Shown: positions 9,083-18,279 of the stretch, in pieces | Layout: every line of letters starts with the position of its first letter | How positions within the stretch are numbered: the first letter of the stretch is position 1 | DNA from: Deltaproteobacteria bacterium HGW-Deltaproteobacteria-13 | Lineage (GTDB): Bacteria; Desulfobacterota; Syntrophia; Syntrophales; Smithellaceae | Assembly: GCA_002840555.1 (NCBI GenBank) | Contig: PHBJ01000005.1 | Location: 570,698 to 634,697, forward strand | DNA: 64,000 nt | Direction: 5' to 3' | Notes under the pieces: generated by a model | Told to the model about the DNA's origin: nothing | The model's database searches: none | Seen by the model: the letters and a program-made list of their open reading frames with translations, nothing else | Made by a program: the position numbers and the translations under genes

Positions 9083-10006
9083 ATGTGGCTTAAACTAACA
9101 CAAACGATAAAAGAACGCGCAAAACAAATGAAGAATATCAGCGCCATTCAAACAATGGACGCTGATTCATTGAGGTCATTTTTAATCATTCTGGCCATCA
9201 CACTATTATCTTACGAATCAACGGATCTTTTTTATAAAATAATCAGTGTTCCGCTGATGAATCATGCTGTCACTGTAAAAAGTAACGGGAGTTCATCCGC
9301 CGTTAAAGATAATCACCAAAGTAATCAGCTTTCCGATTATGATATCATCACCGGACGCAATCTATTCTTATCCACTTTGAAGCCGGCCGGTGGCAATCAA
9401 TCGGACGGAGGACTTTTCGATTCCGATCAGAGGGCTCCGGATTTTGATTTGAAAGGAACCGTTGCCGGCGGCACCTCTTTTGGTTTTATTGTTACCGAAG
9501 AACGCGGCAGCCGCAAGCAGAAATTATACCGGCTGGGGGACAAAATCGGTTCTGATAAGCTGGTTAAAATAACGCGTAACACGGCGACATTAAAAAACGG
9601 TGCGCGGGAAATAACATTAAAAATAAAAGAAACCGTGGAAGGATCTTTGCTTCCGAATTCACCCGGTGGGGGAAGAAGCGGCGCCCCCAAAAGCTTTGCT
9701 TTAAGCCAGAAAACCGTAAATGAAAATTTAAGTAATTTAAATTCCATCATGAATCAGGCCGTTTTGCGGCCTTTTTTCAACAAAGGCGTGCAGGAAGGAT
9801 ATATTATTTCCAATATTGCTCCCAATAGCCTTTACGAAAAAATGGGGCTGCAGAATGGCGACACCATCATCGATATCAACGGCAATCGGATGAAAAGCGC
9901 CAACGACCTGCTGCAACTGGTAAATTCAATGCAGGCGGGAAGCTCGATCGATATGAATATTAAGAGAAGCGGCAAGGTCGAAACGATTAATTATTCTTTT
10001 TACTGA
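9083..10006 (+). CDS. gspC: T2SS protein GspC (TM anchor, HR-like segment, C-terminal PDZ)
   Basis: TM helix LRSFLIILAITLLSY. DYDIITGRNLF motif. The C-terminal PDZ-like sequence is GYIISNIAPNSLYEKMGLQNGDTIIDINGNRMKSANDLLQLV. Confidence 0.65.
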   Translation: MWLKLTQTIKERAKQMKNISAIQTMDADSLRSFLIILAITLLSYESTDLFYKIISVPLMNHAVTVKSNGSSSAVKDNHQSNQLSDYDIITGRNLFLSTLKPAGGNQSDGGLFDSDQRAPDFDLKGTVAGGTSFGFIVTEERGSRKQKLYRLGDKIGSDKLVKITRNTATLKNGAREITLKIKETVEGSLLPNSPGGGRSGAPKSFALSQKTVNENLSNLNSIMNQAVLRPFFNKGVQEGYIISNIAPNSLYEKMGLQNGDTIIDINGNRMKSANDLLQLVNSMQAGSSIDMNIKRSGKVETINYSFY

Positions 10007-10029
10007 TCGGATTAAGGGGATCTGTTGAC

Positions 10030-10896
10030 ATGTATGCCGATTATTTTGGCTTAAAAGAAAATCCTTTCAGTTTATCGCCGGATGCGCGCTATTTGTTCCG
10101 GAGCGAACAGCATCGCGACGCTTTGAATAGCCTTATTTACGGCATTAAAGAAAAAAAAGGATTTGTTTTAATTTCCGGCGGCATCGGACTGGGTAAGACA
10201 ACCATTTGCCGCAGCCTGCTTGCCTCTCTGGACGATTCAGTGGAAACGGCGTTAATATTCAATACGGCCATTTCCGACCTTGATTTACTGGAAACGATTC
10301 TGGGTGAATACGGCATCGATATAAAAAACGAATCCAGAAATAAAAAGTATTATATCGACGTTTTAAATGAATTTTTACTGAAGAATTTTGCCGCCGGGAA
10401 AACGGCGGTGCTTTTAGTTGACGAAGCGCAAAATCTCTCGCACGGCGTTCTCGAACAAATACGAATGCTTTCCAATCTGGAAACCGAAACGGAAAAGCTC
10501 ATTCAGATCATTTTAATCGGTCAGCCGGAACTGAATAACACGCTCATGCTGCCCGCTCTGCGGCAGTTAAACGAGAGAATCACCGTAAGATATGATCTTA
10601 AGCCTTTCTCGCCGCGGGAGGTAAGCGACTATATACAGCATCGCCTGACCGTCGCGCAGGGTCCCGGCTCCATCAAATTTACCGGGGGGGCATTGAACCT
10701 TATTTATTTCTTTGCCGAAGGCATTCCCCGCCGGATTAACGCTCTTTGCGACAGGGCATTATTAATCGCCTATACAAAAAACACAAGTAAGATTGACCGC
10801 AGAATTGTCAAGCTGGCGGTTCATGATATCGGCCTTGATTATTTTCAAAAAACAATGAGCAGCGGCAGAAAATTATGGGCGCGTCTGACAACCTAG
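10030..10896 (+). CDS. gspA: ExeA/GspA-type AAA ATPase
   Basis: MYADYFGLKENPFSLSPDARYLF N-terminus. Walker A GGIGLGKTT, Walker B LLVDEAQNL. IILIGQPEL is typical of ExeA. Confidence 0.85.
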   Translation: MYADYFGLKENPFSLSPDARYLFRSEQHRDALNSLIYGIKEKKGFVLISGGIGLGKTTICRSLLASLDDSVETALIFNTAISDLDLLETILGEYGIDIKNESRNKKYYIDVLNEFLLKNFAAGKTAVLLVDEAQNLSHGVLEQIRMLSNLETETEKLIQIILIGQPELNNTLMLPALRQLNERITVRYDLKPFSPREVSDYIQHRLTVAQGPGSIKFTGGALNLIYFFAEGIPRRINALCDRALLIAYTKNTSKIDRRIVKLAVHDIGLDYFQKTMSSGRKLWARLTT

Positions 10897-10929
10897 CCGG
10901 CGCTGGAAATCCTTGACCAAAGGAATATT

Positions 10930-11691
10930 ATGAGCTACATAAACGACGCATTACTTAAAGCGCAAAAAGATAAGAAATCACCTTATGCGGCCTATGAGCC
11001 GATACTATCGGCTTCCGGAAAGAAAACCGGCAGGCCAAGGAAATGGCTTCCCATCACGGTAATAATTTTATGTATTTTATGGGCGGCGGGAATGATTGTT
11101 TTTTTGAACGGGCATGAAAATCTGCTCAATCGGTCTCTGAAAAAAAAGATGCCGGCGGCAACGCCTTTAATCGTTGCGACTGTGCCGGCCGCTGTCCCGG
11201 TTCAGCCGCAGATTATTGAAAAAACGGCAACGGATAATAAAAGCGATGCCGGATTAAAAGCGAAAACAAGGCCTGCGGCCATTAAGGCCGGGACGGAAAT
11301 TGCCGAATCGAAAATACTTTACGAGCAAGCCTTTAAGAAACAACAAGCGGGTAATTTGGATGAGGCGAGGGACCTGTATAGAAAAGTCCTGAAAATTGAT
11401 CCTCAAAACGTACAGGCTTTAAATAATCTGGGTGTCATTCATATGAATACAAAATATTACAAAAAAGCAATTTTGCGTTTTAATGACGCAATCCATATAA
11501 AACACGATTACACGGACGCTCATTATAATCTGGCCTGTCTTTACGCACAAAAAAATAACGCCAGACAGAGCCTTTTTTATCTGGACAAGGCTGTCCATCT
11601 TAATCCTCAAGTAAGAAAATGGGCGGCAAATGACGCCGACTTGAAAGTCCTGTCTGATTTGCCGGAATTTAAAAAACTGCTGGAGAAATAA
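10930..11691 (+). CDS. gspB: GspB-like bitopic protein with C-terminal TPR repeats
   Basis: MSYINDALLKAQKDKK N-terminus, typical of GspB/ExeB. One TM segment, a Pro/Ala linker and about 3 TPRs (ARDLYRKVLKIDPQNVQALNNLGV...). Confidence 0.6.
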   Translation: MSYINDALLKAQKDKKSPYAAYEPILSASGKKTGRPRKWLPITVIILCILWAAGMIVFLNGHENLLNRSLKKKMPAATPLIVATVPAAVPVQPQIIEKTATDNKSDAGLKAKTRPAAIKAGTEIAESKILYEQAFKKQQAGNLDEARDLYRKVLKIDPQNVQALNNLGVIHMNTKYYKKAILRFNDAIHIKHDYTDAHYNLACLYAQKNNARQSLFYLDKAVHLNPQVRKWAANDADLKVLSDLPEFKKLLEK

Positions 11692-11701
11692 TAAAATTAA
11701 A

Positions 11702-13942
11702 ATGAAAATTTTGAATTCTTTTGTTTTAAAACCAGGTTGCTTGTCGGGCGGTATCATCGCGCTGATCATCATGATGTTTTTTGCCGGAGGAACGGCATGG
11801 GCGGCCCGTGTTGCCGGCGAGAAAGAAAATGTTACCACAACAACCGCGACGACCGATGCCCCAAAGGAAATGATCAAAGGGTCTCCGGCAAAGATGGTTG
11901 AGCCGGTTAAACAGGACGTTCCTTCCGTAAAGCAGGAAGAAAAGGAATTTAAGACGCAAGACGCGGCACCAATGCCGGAAACCATCAAAGACGGGAAACG
12001 GCCATTCGAACCGGCAAAAAAAGAAGCTTCTAAAAAATACGTCACCATTGATTTTGACAATGTTGACATCGGCGTGCTGGTAAAATTTGTCAGCGAACTT
12101 ACCGGAAAAAATTTCATCATTGATGATAAAGTCAAAGGCAAGGTCACCGTCATTTCTCCTAAAAAGATCCCTGTTGAAGATGTCTATAAAGTCTTTCTGT
12201 CCGTTCTGGAAGTGAACGGGTTTGCCGTCGTCCCCGCAGGCAATATGACTAAAATCATTCCCGCATCCTCGGCGCGGGAAAAGAGCCTAGAGACGAGAAT
12301 AAAGAATGAACCCGGCGCGGCGGAAGATCGCATGATTACCCAGATCGTTTCTCTGGAACGCGCCAACCCCGATGAAGTAAAACGCGTTCTGGATCCCATT
12401 ATTTCCAAATCCAGTTCGGTGCTTTCTTATCCCCCGGCAGGCATTCTGGTGATCACGGATTACCTGTCCAACATCAAGAGACTGCAGGAAATCATATCCG
12501 CTCTGGATGTGGAAGGCGCGGGAGATCAGATATCCTATATTCCTTTGCAAAACGCTTCCGCGTCGGAAGTGGTCAAATCCCTGGGCACCGTCTTTCAACA
12601 ACGCCAGGGCAGAGCAACAGCCATCAAAGTTGTCGCTGATTCGCGCACAAACTCGATCATCCTTCTGGCCAGCGTCGCCGATACGGAAGTTGTTCGCAAG
12701 CTGGTGGCGATGATGGATAAAGATGTGCCGCGCGGCGAATCGAATATTCAGGTTTACCGCCTGCAAAACAGCATTGCCGAAGACCTGGCGAAAGTTCTCA
12801 ACAGCATTAAAGATTCCGGCTCGACCGCGAGCGCGGCCGGCAGCACGGCTGTGGCGCAGAAAGTCGTGATACCCGTTATTTCCAAGAATGTTCAGGTTGT
12901 CCCGGACAAGGCCACCAATACGCTGGTGATTATGGCCGAACGTGAAGACTATAAAGTTCTGGAAAATATTATTAAACAGCTCGATGTGCCCAGAGCCATG
13001 GTTTACATCGAAGCTTTAATTATGGAAGTCAATGCCAATAAGGCTTTTAATCTGGGCGTGGAATGGCGCGGCCTCATGGATACCGGCAAAATTTCCGGTT
13101 CAGATATGACGGGCCAATCGGCGGCTTTTATAGGCTCCGGCGGCGCGGGCACGACATCCAATCCGGGGGCCTACAATATCCTTGGCGGGTTGACCAATAC
13201 GGCATTCCCGAGCGGCTTTTCCATGGGAATTGTCGGCGCCGGCATCACCATCGGCGGCATATTATTCCCGAATATCGGCGCTGTCGTTCAGGCATACAAA
13301 ACCGATTCGGAAGTGTCCATTTTATCGACCCCGCAGATCATGACGCTGGACAATGAAGAAGCGGAAATAAATGTCGGCTCGAACGTTCCTTACATTACCC
13401 GTCAGGATTCGAGTTCAACGACGACCACCAACACGGTTAACTACAACACCTATGAGTATAAAGACGTCGGCGTTATCCTGAATATCACACCGCATATCAA
13501 TGAGGAAAACTTTATACGGCTGAAGATATCCCAGCAGGTCACAAAAGTAACTTCCGGCACAGACAAAGGAACGCCCACAACATTGAAAAGAACGGCAAAA
13601 ACCACTGTTGTGGTGAAGGACAAAGACACGATCGTTATCGGCGGTCTGGTGGGAGACAGCACTCAGGACAATACGTATAAAGTGCCGCTTTTCGGCGATA
13701 TTCCTCTTCTGGGCTGGCTTTTCAAAACAAATTCAACATCAAGAGAAAAAACAAATCTGTACGTCTTCCTGACACCGCATATCGTCCGCACCCAAAAGGA
13801 TGCCGCAGAACTTTATCAGGGAAAAAGAGAAACCATGGGGGAAGTGGTTGAAGGAATCATTAAGTTAAATGACAAGTCATCGGAGGCAAATCCTCTCTAC
13901 GCGCCTGCTCCTGCCAAAAACAAAATACCGGCGAATCCATAA
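11702..13942 (+). CDS. gspD: T2SS outer-membrane secretin GspD
   Basis: Signal peptide. N0 domain VTIDFDNVDIGVLVKFVSELTGKNFIID. Secretin core VGSNVPY...TVVVKDKDTIVIGGL...VPLFGDIPLLGWLFK. Confidence 0.92.
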   Translation: MKILNSFVLKPGCLSGGIIALIIMMFFAGGTAWAARVAGEKENVTTTTATTDAPKEMIKGSPAKMVEPVKQDVPSVKQEEKEFKTQDAAPMPETIKDGKRPFEPAKKEASKKYVTIDFDNVDIGVLVKFVSELTGKNFIIDDKVKGKVTVISPKKIPVEDVYKVFLSVLEVNGFAVVPAGNMTKIIPASSAREKSLETRIKNEPGAAEDRMITQIVSLERANPDEVKRVLDPIISKSSSVLSYPPAGILVITDYLSNIKRLQEIISALDVEGAGDQISYIPLQNASASEVVKSLGTVFQQRQGRATAIKVVADSRTNSIILLASVADTEVVRKLVAMMDKDVPRGESNIQVYRLQNSIAEDLAKVLNSIKDSGSTASAAGSTAVAQKVVIPVISKNVQVVPDKATNTLVIMAEREDYKVLENIIKQLDVPRAMVYIEALIMEVNANKAFNLGVEWRGLMDTGKISGSDMTGQSAAFIGSGGAGTTSNPGAYNILGGLTNTAFPSGFSMGIVGAGITIGGILFPNIGAVVQAYKTDSEVSILSTPQIMTLDNEEAEINVGSNVPYITRQDSSSTTTTNTVNYNTYEYKDVGVILNITPHINEENFIRLKISQQVTKVTSGTDKGTPTTLKRTAKTTVVVKDKDTIVIGGLVGDSTQDNTYKVPLFGDIPLLGWLFKTNSTSREKTNLYVFLTPHIVRTQKDAAELYQGKRETMGEVVEGIIKLNDKSSEANPLYAPAPAKNKIPANP

Positions 13943-13961
13943 TTTGAGGCTCTGACTTCCT

Positions 13962-15755
13962 ATGTCGAAAATTCATACAGCCTTAAAAGAATCAGCGGGT
14001 TCCGCCCGCAGCTCTTCGGTCTCTGATGACGCGGTTCTTTCTTCCCTGGATAAGAAATTAATCGCCGCGGGAGTCGCGCCGGATATTCTGACCGAGGCGC
14101 ACAGGGACAGGGGAAACAGCGGAACCGGATTTTTTGATCAACTTATACGGAAAAAAGCCATTGGTGAAATCCACCTGTTAAAAATTCTGTCCGAGCATTT
14201 CGGGCTTTCTTTCCGGCCGGAACTGCCGATGGAAAGCATCAATATCGATTTCACGCAAAACGTATCCATTCAATATTTAAAAAAGCACAGGATTATTCCG
14301 CTCATCGCCTCGCAGGATTCAGTCATTGCGGTCAATGATCCTTCCAATTTCCAGCCTGTGGATGATTTGCGGCAAATTCTGAAAATCCCGAATCTGCCGG
14401 TTGTTCTCTCCTCTCAGGACGCGATCATGGCGGCCATTAACATGGCTTACGATATGAGCCGCGCTTCGGCTAAAGACTATTTCGAAGAAATGAATGAATC
14501 CGACACGGATGATCTTATTTCCAAAATTGACGAAACAGCCGATTTGCTCGACGAAGCCAGTGACGCGCCGATTATCAAACTGGTCAATCTGCTGGTCTCC
14601 GGAGCGATTAAAGACCGCGCCAGCGATATCCACGTCGAGCCCTATTCCGGCAACCTGAAGATCCGCTATCGCATTGACGGCATTTTATACGATATTCTCA
14701 GTTTGCCGCGGCGGATTCAGTCTCCTCTTATTTCGCGTATTAAAATCATGGCCAAACTCAACATCGCGGAAAAACGTCTTCCTCAGGACGGCCGCATTGA
14801 AATAAAAATAGCCGACCGCCTGGTTGATATCCGCGTATCCGTTATTCCCACGGCTTTCGGGGAAAGGGTTGTGCTGCGTTTACTGGACAAAACCGCCAAT
14901 ATTCTGAAGCTTGCCGATTTAGGCATGCATGATGAACGGATCAAGCTTCTCAACAAGCTGATTAAATCGCCATACGGAATCATTCTGGTAACGGGCCCCA
15001 CCGGCAGCGGCAAAACAACAACGCTGTACGCGGCGCTTTCCACAATCAACCGTCCGGAAATAAACATCATCACCATAGAAGATCCTATCGAGTACCAGAT
15101 GGATGGTGTCGGACAAATTCAGGTTAATCCCAAAATTGATCTGACCTTTGCCGCGGGACTGCGCTCTATTGTCCGTCAGGACCCCGATGTCATCCTGATC
15201 GGTGAAATCCGCGACCGGGAAACAGCGGAAATCGCCATCCAGTCATCACTTACCGGCCATCTGGTTTTCTCCACGCTGCACACCAATGACGCGGCCAGCG
15301 CCGTAACACGGTTGATTGATATGGGCATAGAACCTTTTTTAGCGACTTCTTCAATTATCGCGATCATAGCGCAGCGGCTTGTGCGTGTTCTCTGCCCCCA
15401 CTGCAAGGAAGTTTATGTACCGGATGAGGAGACATTAAATAATCTTGGTCTGGATAAATCGGTTCTGCAAAATAACAAATTTTACCGGAAAAAAGGCTGT
15501 AATCTGTGCATGCAGACAGGCTTCCGGGGCAGAACGGCCATTTTTGAAATTCTGATTGTGGATGAAGAAATTAAAAGACTCGTTTTAAAAACATCCGACG
15601 CCAATCAGATTAATGAACTGGCTCTGAAACAGGGCATGATCACCTTGCAGCAAGACGGCATCGATAAAGTGCTCTCCGGCATGACGACGACCGAAGAAGT
15701 GTTGCGGGTAACGCGGTCGCTCAATCGCAAGGACGACATTGTGCTGGAAGTATAA
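13962..15755 (+). CDS. gspE: T2SS ATPase GspE
   Basis: Walker A GPTGSGKTTTLY, Asp box, Walker B ILIGEIRD, His box LVFSTLHTND. Tetra-Cys motif CPHCK...CNLC. An N-terminal T2SSE_N-type domain. Confidence 0.95.
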   Translation: MSKIHTALKESAGSARSSSVSDDAVLSSLDKKLIAAGVAPDILTEAHRDRGNSGTGFFDQLIRKKAIGEIHLLKILSEHFGLSFRPELPMESINIDFTQNVSIQYLKKHRIIPLIASQDSVIAVNDPSNFQPVDDLRQILKIPNLPVVLSSQDAIMAAINMAYDMSRASAKDYFEEMNESDTDDLISKIDETADLLDEASDAPIIKLVNLLVSGAIKDRASDIHVEPYSGNLKIRYRIDGILYDILSLPRRIQSPLISRIKIMAKLNIAEKRLPQDGRIEIKIADRLVDIRVSVIPTAFGERVVLRLLDKTANILKLADLGMHDERIKLLNKLIKSPYGIILVTGPTGSGKTTTLYAALSTINRPEINIITIEDPIEYQMDGVGQIQVNPKIDLTFAAGLRSIVRQDPDVILIGEIRDRETAEIAIQSSLTGHLVFSTLHTNDAASAVTRLIDMGIEPFLATSSIIAIIAQRLVRVLCPHCKEVYVPDEETLNNLGLDKSVLQNNKFYRKKGCNLCMQTGFRGRTAIFEILIVDEEIKRLVLKTSDANQINELALKQGMITLQQDGIDKVLSGMTTTEEVLRVTRSLNRKDDIVLEV

Positions 15756-15792
15756 GCAGATGAGTCATTCCATGAAAAAAACGGAATCAAAT

Positions 15793-16611
15793 ATGATTGA
15801 ATTTTATAAAATGAGCGGCAGCGGCAATGATTTTATCATTATCGACAACCGCGATTTATCTTTAAACATAAGCGATCTGCCTGCATTCGTCCGCAAAGTA
15901 TGCGCGCGCAAAATTTCCATCGGCGCGGACGGCCTTTTTCTGATTGAACCGTCGAAGTCCGTTGATTTTAAATGGCAGTTTTTTAATGCCGACGGTTCCA
16001 TGGCGGAAATGTGCGGAAACGGCAGCCGCTGCGTGGCGCGTTATGCCTATCTTAAGGGTATCGCCGGGAAGAAAATGTCCTTTGAAACCATCGCCGGCAT
16101 TATCAGTGCGGAAGTGAAAGATGATGTGGTGAAGGTAAAACTGACCGATCCGTCCGAGGTTAAAACGGGAATAAAGATAGAAGCGGGAGGACAAACATTC
16201 ATTCTGGACAGCGTTGATACAGGCGTGCCCCACGCGGTCGTTTTTGTAGATGATCCCGATAATTGCGACGTGTATAATAACGGACGCGCAATCCGCTATC
16301 ACGAATACTTCGCTCCGCGGGGAACCAACGCCGATTTCATCGCTGTTATTGATCGGCATAAAATAAGAGTGCGCACCTACGAACGCGGCGTGGAGAACGA
16401 GACGCTGGCCTGCGGCACCGGCATGGTAGCGGCGGCTCTGACCGCGGCGCAAAGAGGTCTTGTGGAATCGCCGGTTGACGTACTGGTGCAAAGCGGTGAA
16501 ACACTGCGCATTTATTTTGAAAATAAAAACGGCCTCTGGCGGGAAATTTATCTTGAAGGCAGCGTAAAAATAGTCTATCAGGGATTTCTTTTTGAAGAAG
16601 CTTACAAATAA
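15793..16611 (+). CDS. dapF: Diaminopimelate epimerase
   Basis: MIEFYKMSGSGNDFIIIDNR. Catalytic Cys motifs MCGNGSRC and LACGTG. The track start at 15739 overlaps gspE, and ATG 15793 matches canonical DapF N-termini. Confidence 0.9.
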   Translation: MIEFYKMSGSGNDFIIIDNRDLSLNISDLPAFVRKVCARKISIGADGLFLIEPSKSVDFKWQFFNADGSMAEMCGNGSRCVARYAYLKGIAGKKMSFETIAGIISAEVKDDVVKVKLTDPSEVKTGIKIEAGGQTFILDSVDTGVPHAVVFVDDPDNCDVYNNGRAIRYHEYFAPRGTNADFIAVIDRHKIRVRTYERGVENETLACGTGMVAAALTAAQRGLVESPVDVLVQSGETLRIYFENKNGLWREIYLEGSVKIVYQGFLFEEAYK

Positions 16612-16640
16612 TATTTAATTAATTCTGGAGGATATTTATT

Positions 16641-17810
16641 TTGAAAACAGCCGAAAGACTGACGAAGATACCGCCGTATCTTTTCATGGAATTGAGAAAA
16701 AAAATCAATAAAGCTAAGGCCGACGGAATAGATGTTATTTCTCTGGCTATCGGCGACCCGGTGGAAGCAACGCCGGAATCGATTATTGATGAACTTTGCG
16801 CCGCATCGAGAGATCCCCTGAATCATCGTTATCCCACCGATGAAGAAAAGGGAATGCTCTCCTTTCGCCGCGAAGTGGCGAAATGGTACGAAACACGCTA
16901 CGGCGTGAGCCTTAATCCGGAAAATGAAATTCTGGGTCTGATCGGCTCCAAGGAAGGCTGTCATCATTTTATTATCGCGCGGGTCAATCCCGATGATATC
17001 GTTTTAATGACCGATCCCGGTTATCCCGCTTACCGCTCGAGCATCCTCTTGGGCGGCGGCACGCCGTATAATGTTCCCATTCTTCCGCAAAATAACTATC
17101 TGCCGGTATTCGAAGATATTCCAACGGATGTCGCCAAAAAAGCGACCGCCATATTCCTTAATTATCCGAATAACCCTACCGGCGCCTGCGCCACGTTGGA
17201 GTTTTTAAACAAGCTTGTCGACTTTGCCCGCAGCTACGATATCGCCGTCTGTTACGATAATCCATACAGCGAAATCGTCTTTGCAGGACAGAAACGCATC
17301 AGTTTCCTGATGGCGCCGGGCGCGAAAGAGGTCGGCATCGAACTCAACTCTTTATCCAAACCTTTCAACATGTGCGGCTGGCGTCTGGGCATGGCCTGCG
17401 GCAATCCCGAACTCATCGCCGCCATCAGCAAGGTTAAGGAAAACACGGATTCCGGAATTTTTAATCCGATCCAGTTTGCCGGCATCAAAGCACTCCAGAA
17501 AGAAGCGCCTTTCGTCGACAAAATGCTGGACGTTTACGGCAAACGCCGCGAATTGGTGCTGAAAACTTTAAAAAAAATCGGTATCGACTTCAACCCTCCG
17601 CGTGGTACATTTTACCTGTGGGTGCCCGTACCGAAAGGTTTGACTTCGCTGGAATTCACCAATCGCCTGTTTGATAAAACGGGTGTGGTCGTCGCCTCCG
17701 GTACGGCTTACGGCCAGTATGGCGAGGGCTTTGTGCGCATCTCGCTGACCGTGCCCGATAAGAGACTGGAAGAGGCGATGGAGAGAATCAAAAAAGAATT
17801 CGCCGGATAA
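16641..17810 (+). CDS. dapL: LL-diaminopimelate aminotransferase-type class I aminotransferase
   Basis: IPPYLFMELRKK N-terminus. PLP-lysine motif NSLSKPFNMCGWRLG. Adjacent to dapF. TTG start with GGAGG 9 nt upstream. Confidence 0.75.
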   Translation: MKTAERLTKIPPYLFMELRKKINKAKADGIDVISLAIGDPVEATPESIIDELCAASRDPLNHRYPTDEEKGMLSFRREVAKWYETRYGVSLNPENEILGLIGSKEGCHHFIIARVNPDDIVLMTDPGYPAYRSSILLGGGTPYNVPILPQNNYLPVFEDIPTDVAKKATAIFLNYPNNPTGACATLEFLNKLVDFARSYDIAVCYDNPYSEIVFAGQKRISFLMAPGAKEVGIELNSLSKPFNMCGWRLGMACGNPELIAAISKVKENTDSGIFNPIQFAGIKALQKEAPFVDKMLDVYGKRRELVLKTLKKIGIDFNPPRGTFYLWVPVPKGLTSLEFTNRLFDKTGVVVASGTAYGQYGEGFVRISLTVPDKRLEEAMERIKKEFAG

Positions 17811-17875
17811 CACCGTAAAAGGCCCCCGGCATTCGCCGGCCTGTGTGTATGCGGAGTGTATGCGGAGTTTATCCG

Positions 17876-17900
17876 GCGCATGCTGCGCTTCGGTTTTTTG
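17876..17900 (+). terminator. Weak candidate terminator after dapL
   Basis: GCGCA-TGC-TGCGC hairpin followed by TTCGGTTTTTTG. The stem is only 5 bp. Confidence 0.3.
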
Positions 17901-18211
17901 TCACTGCGGTCTACCTCAAAGTTGGCTTCATTCCAAAAGCCTGGCGCGCCTTGCCTCCAGAGCTTTTTACAGCGTTATCAACTGGGATGTCCTGCTAATC
18001 CGGAAACGCCATACTAATTATTTTGAGAAACTCAGACAATAGCTCCCCATTTTTTACAACATTCCGAGAGTTCCGCTCACCTCAATTGATACGAATAAAA
18101 ATGGATTTTACTTCAATGTTATATTGTGTTAAATTAAATAAAACATGAATGAAAAAGAGATATTAAAGAATCGGGCAAGTCTCCTCTTTGCTTAACTTAG
18201 GTACAAAAAAC

Positions 18212-18236
18212 GGATTCCGGTTTTCGCCGGAATGAC
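18212..18236. repeat. REP-like hairpin of the GTCATTCC family
   Basis: GGATTCCGG-TTTTCG-CCGGAATGAC with a 7-bp stem. Read on the minus strand it gives the VIPAKTGI pseudo-peptide seen in spurious ORF 18192-18422. Confidence 0.6.
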
Positions 18237-18279
18237 GACATTCAAATGTTTCATTGCTTGAATAATATAAGGAGGCATT

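Noticed and set aside
11419-12153. Long antisense ORFs in the track (for example 11419-12153, 15862-16491, 44523-45221, 50479-51300, 54450-55055, 61033-61815).
   Set aside because: Each lies entirely opposite a confidently identified gene, has a biased low-complexity composition and has no motifs. They are shadow ORFs.
15739-15792. dapF N-terminal extension overlapping the end of gspE.
   Set aside because: Canonical DapF proteins begin a few residues before the SGxGNDF motif, and ATG 15793 fits. Neither start has a clear RBS, so some uncertainty remains.
17845-18042. A 65-aa ORF in the dapL-DUF748 spacer.
   Set aside because: It has no RBS and its composition is Cys/Ser/Leu-rich and biased. 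It overlaps a terminator-like hairpin and shows no recognisable motif.
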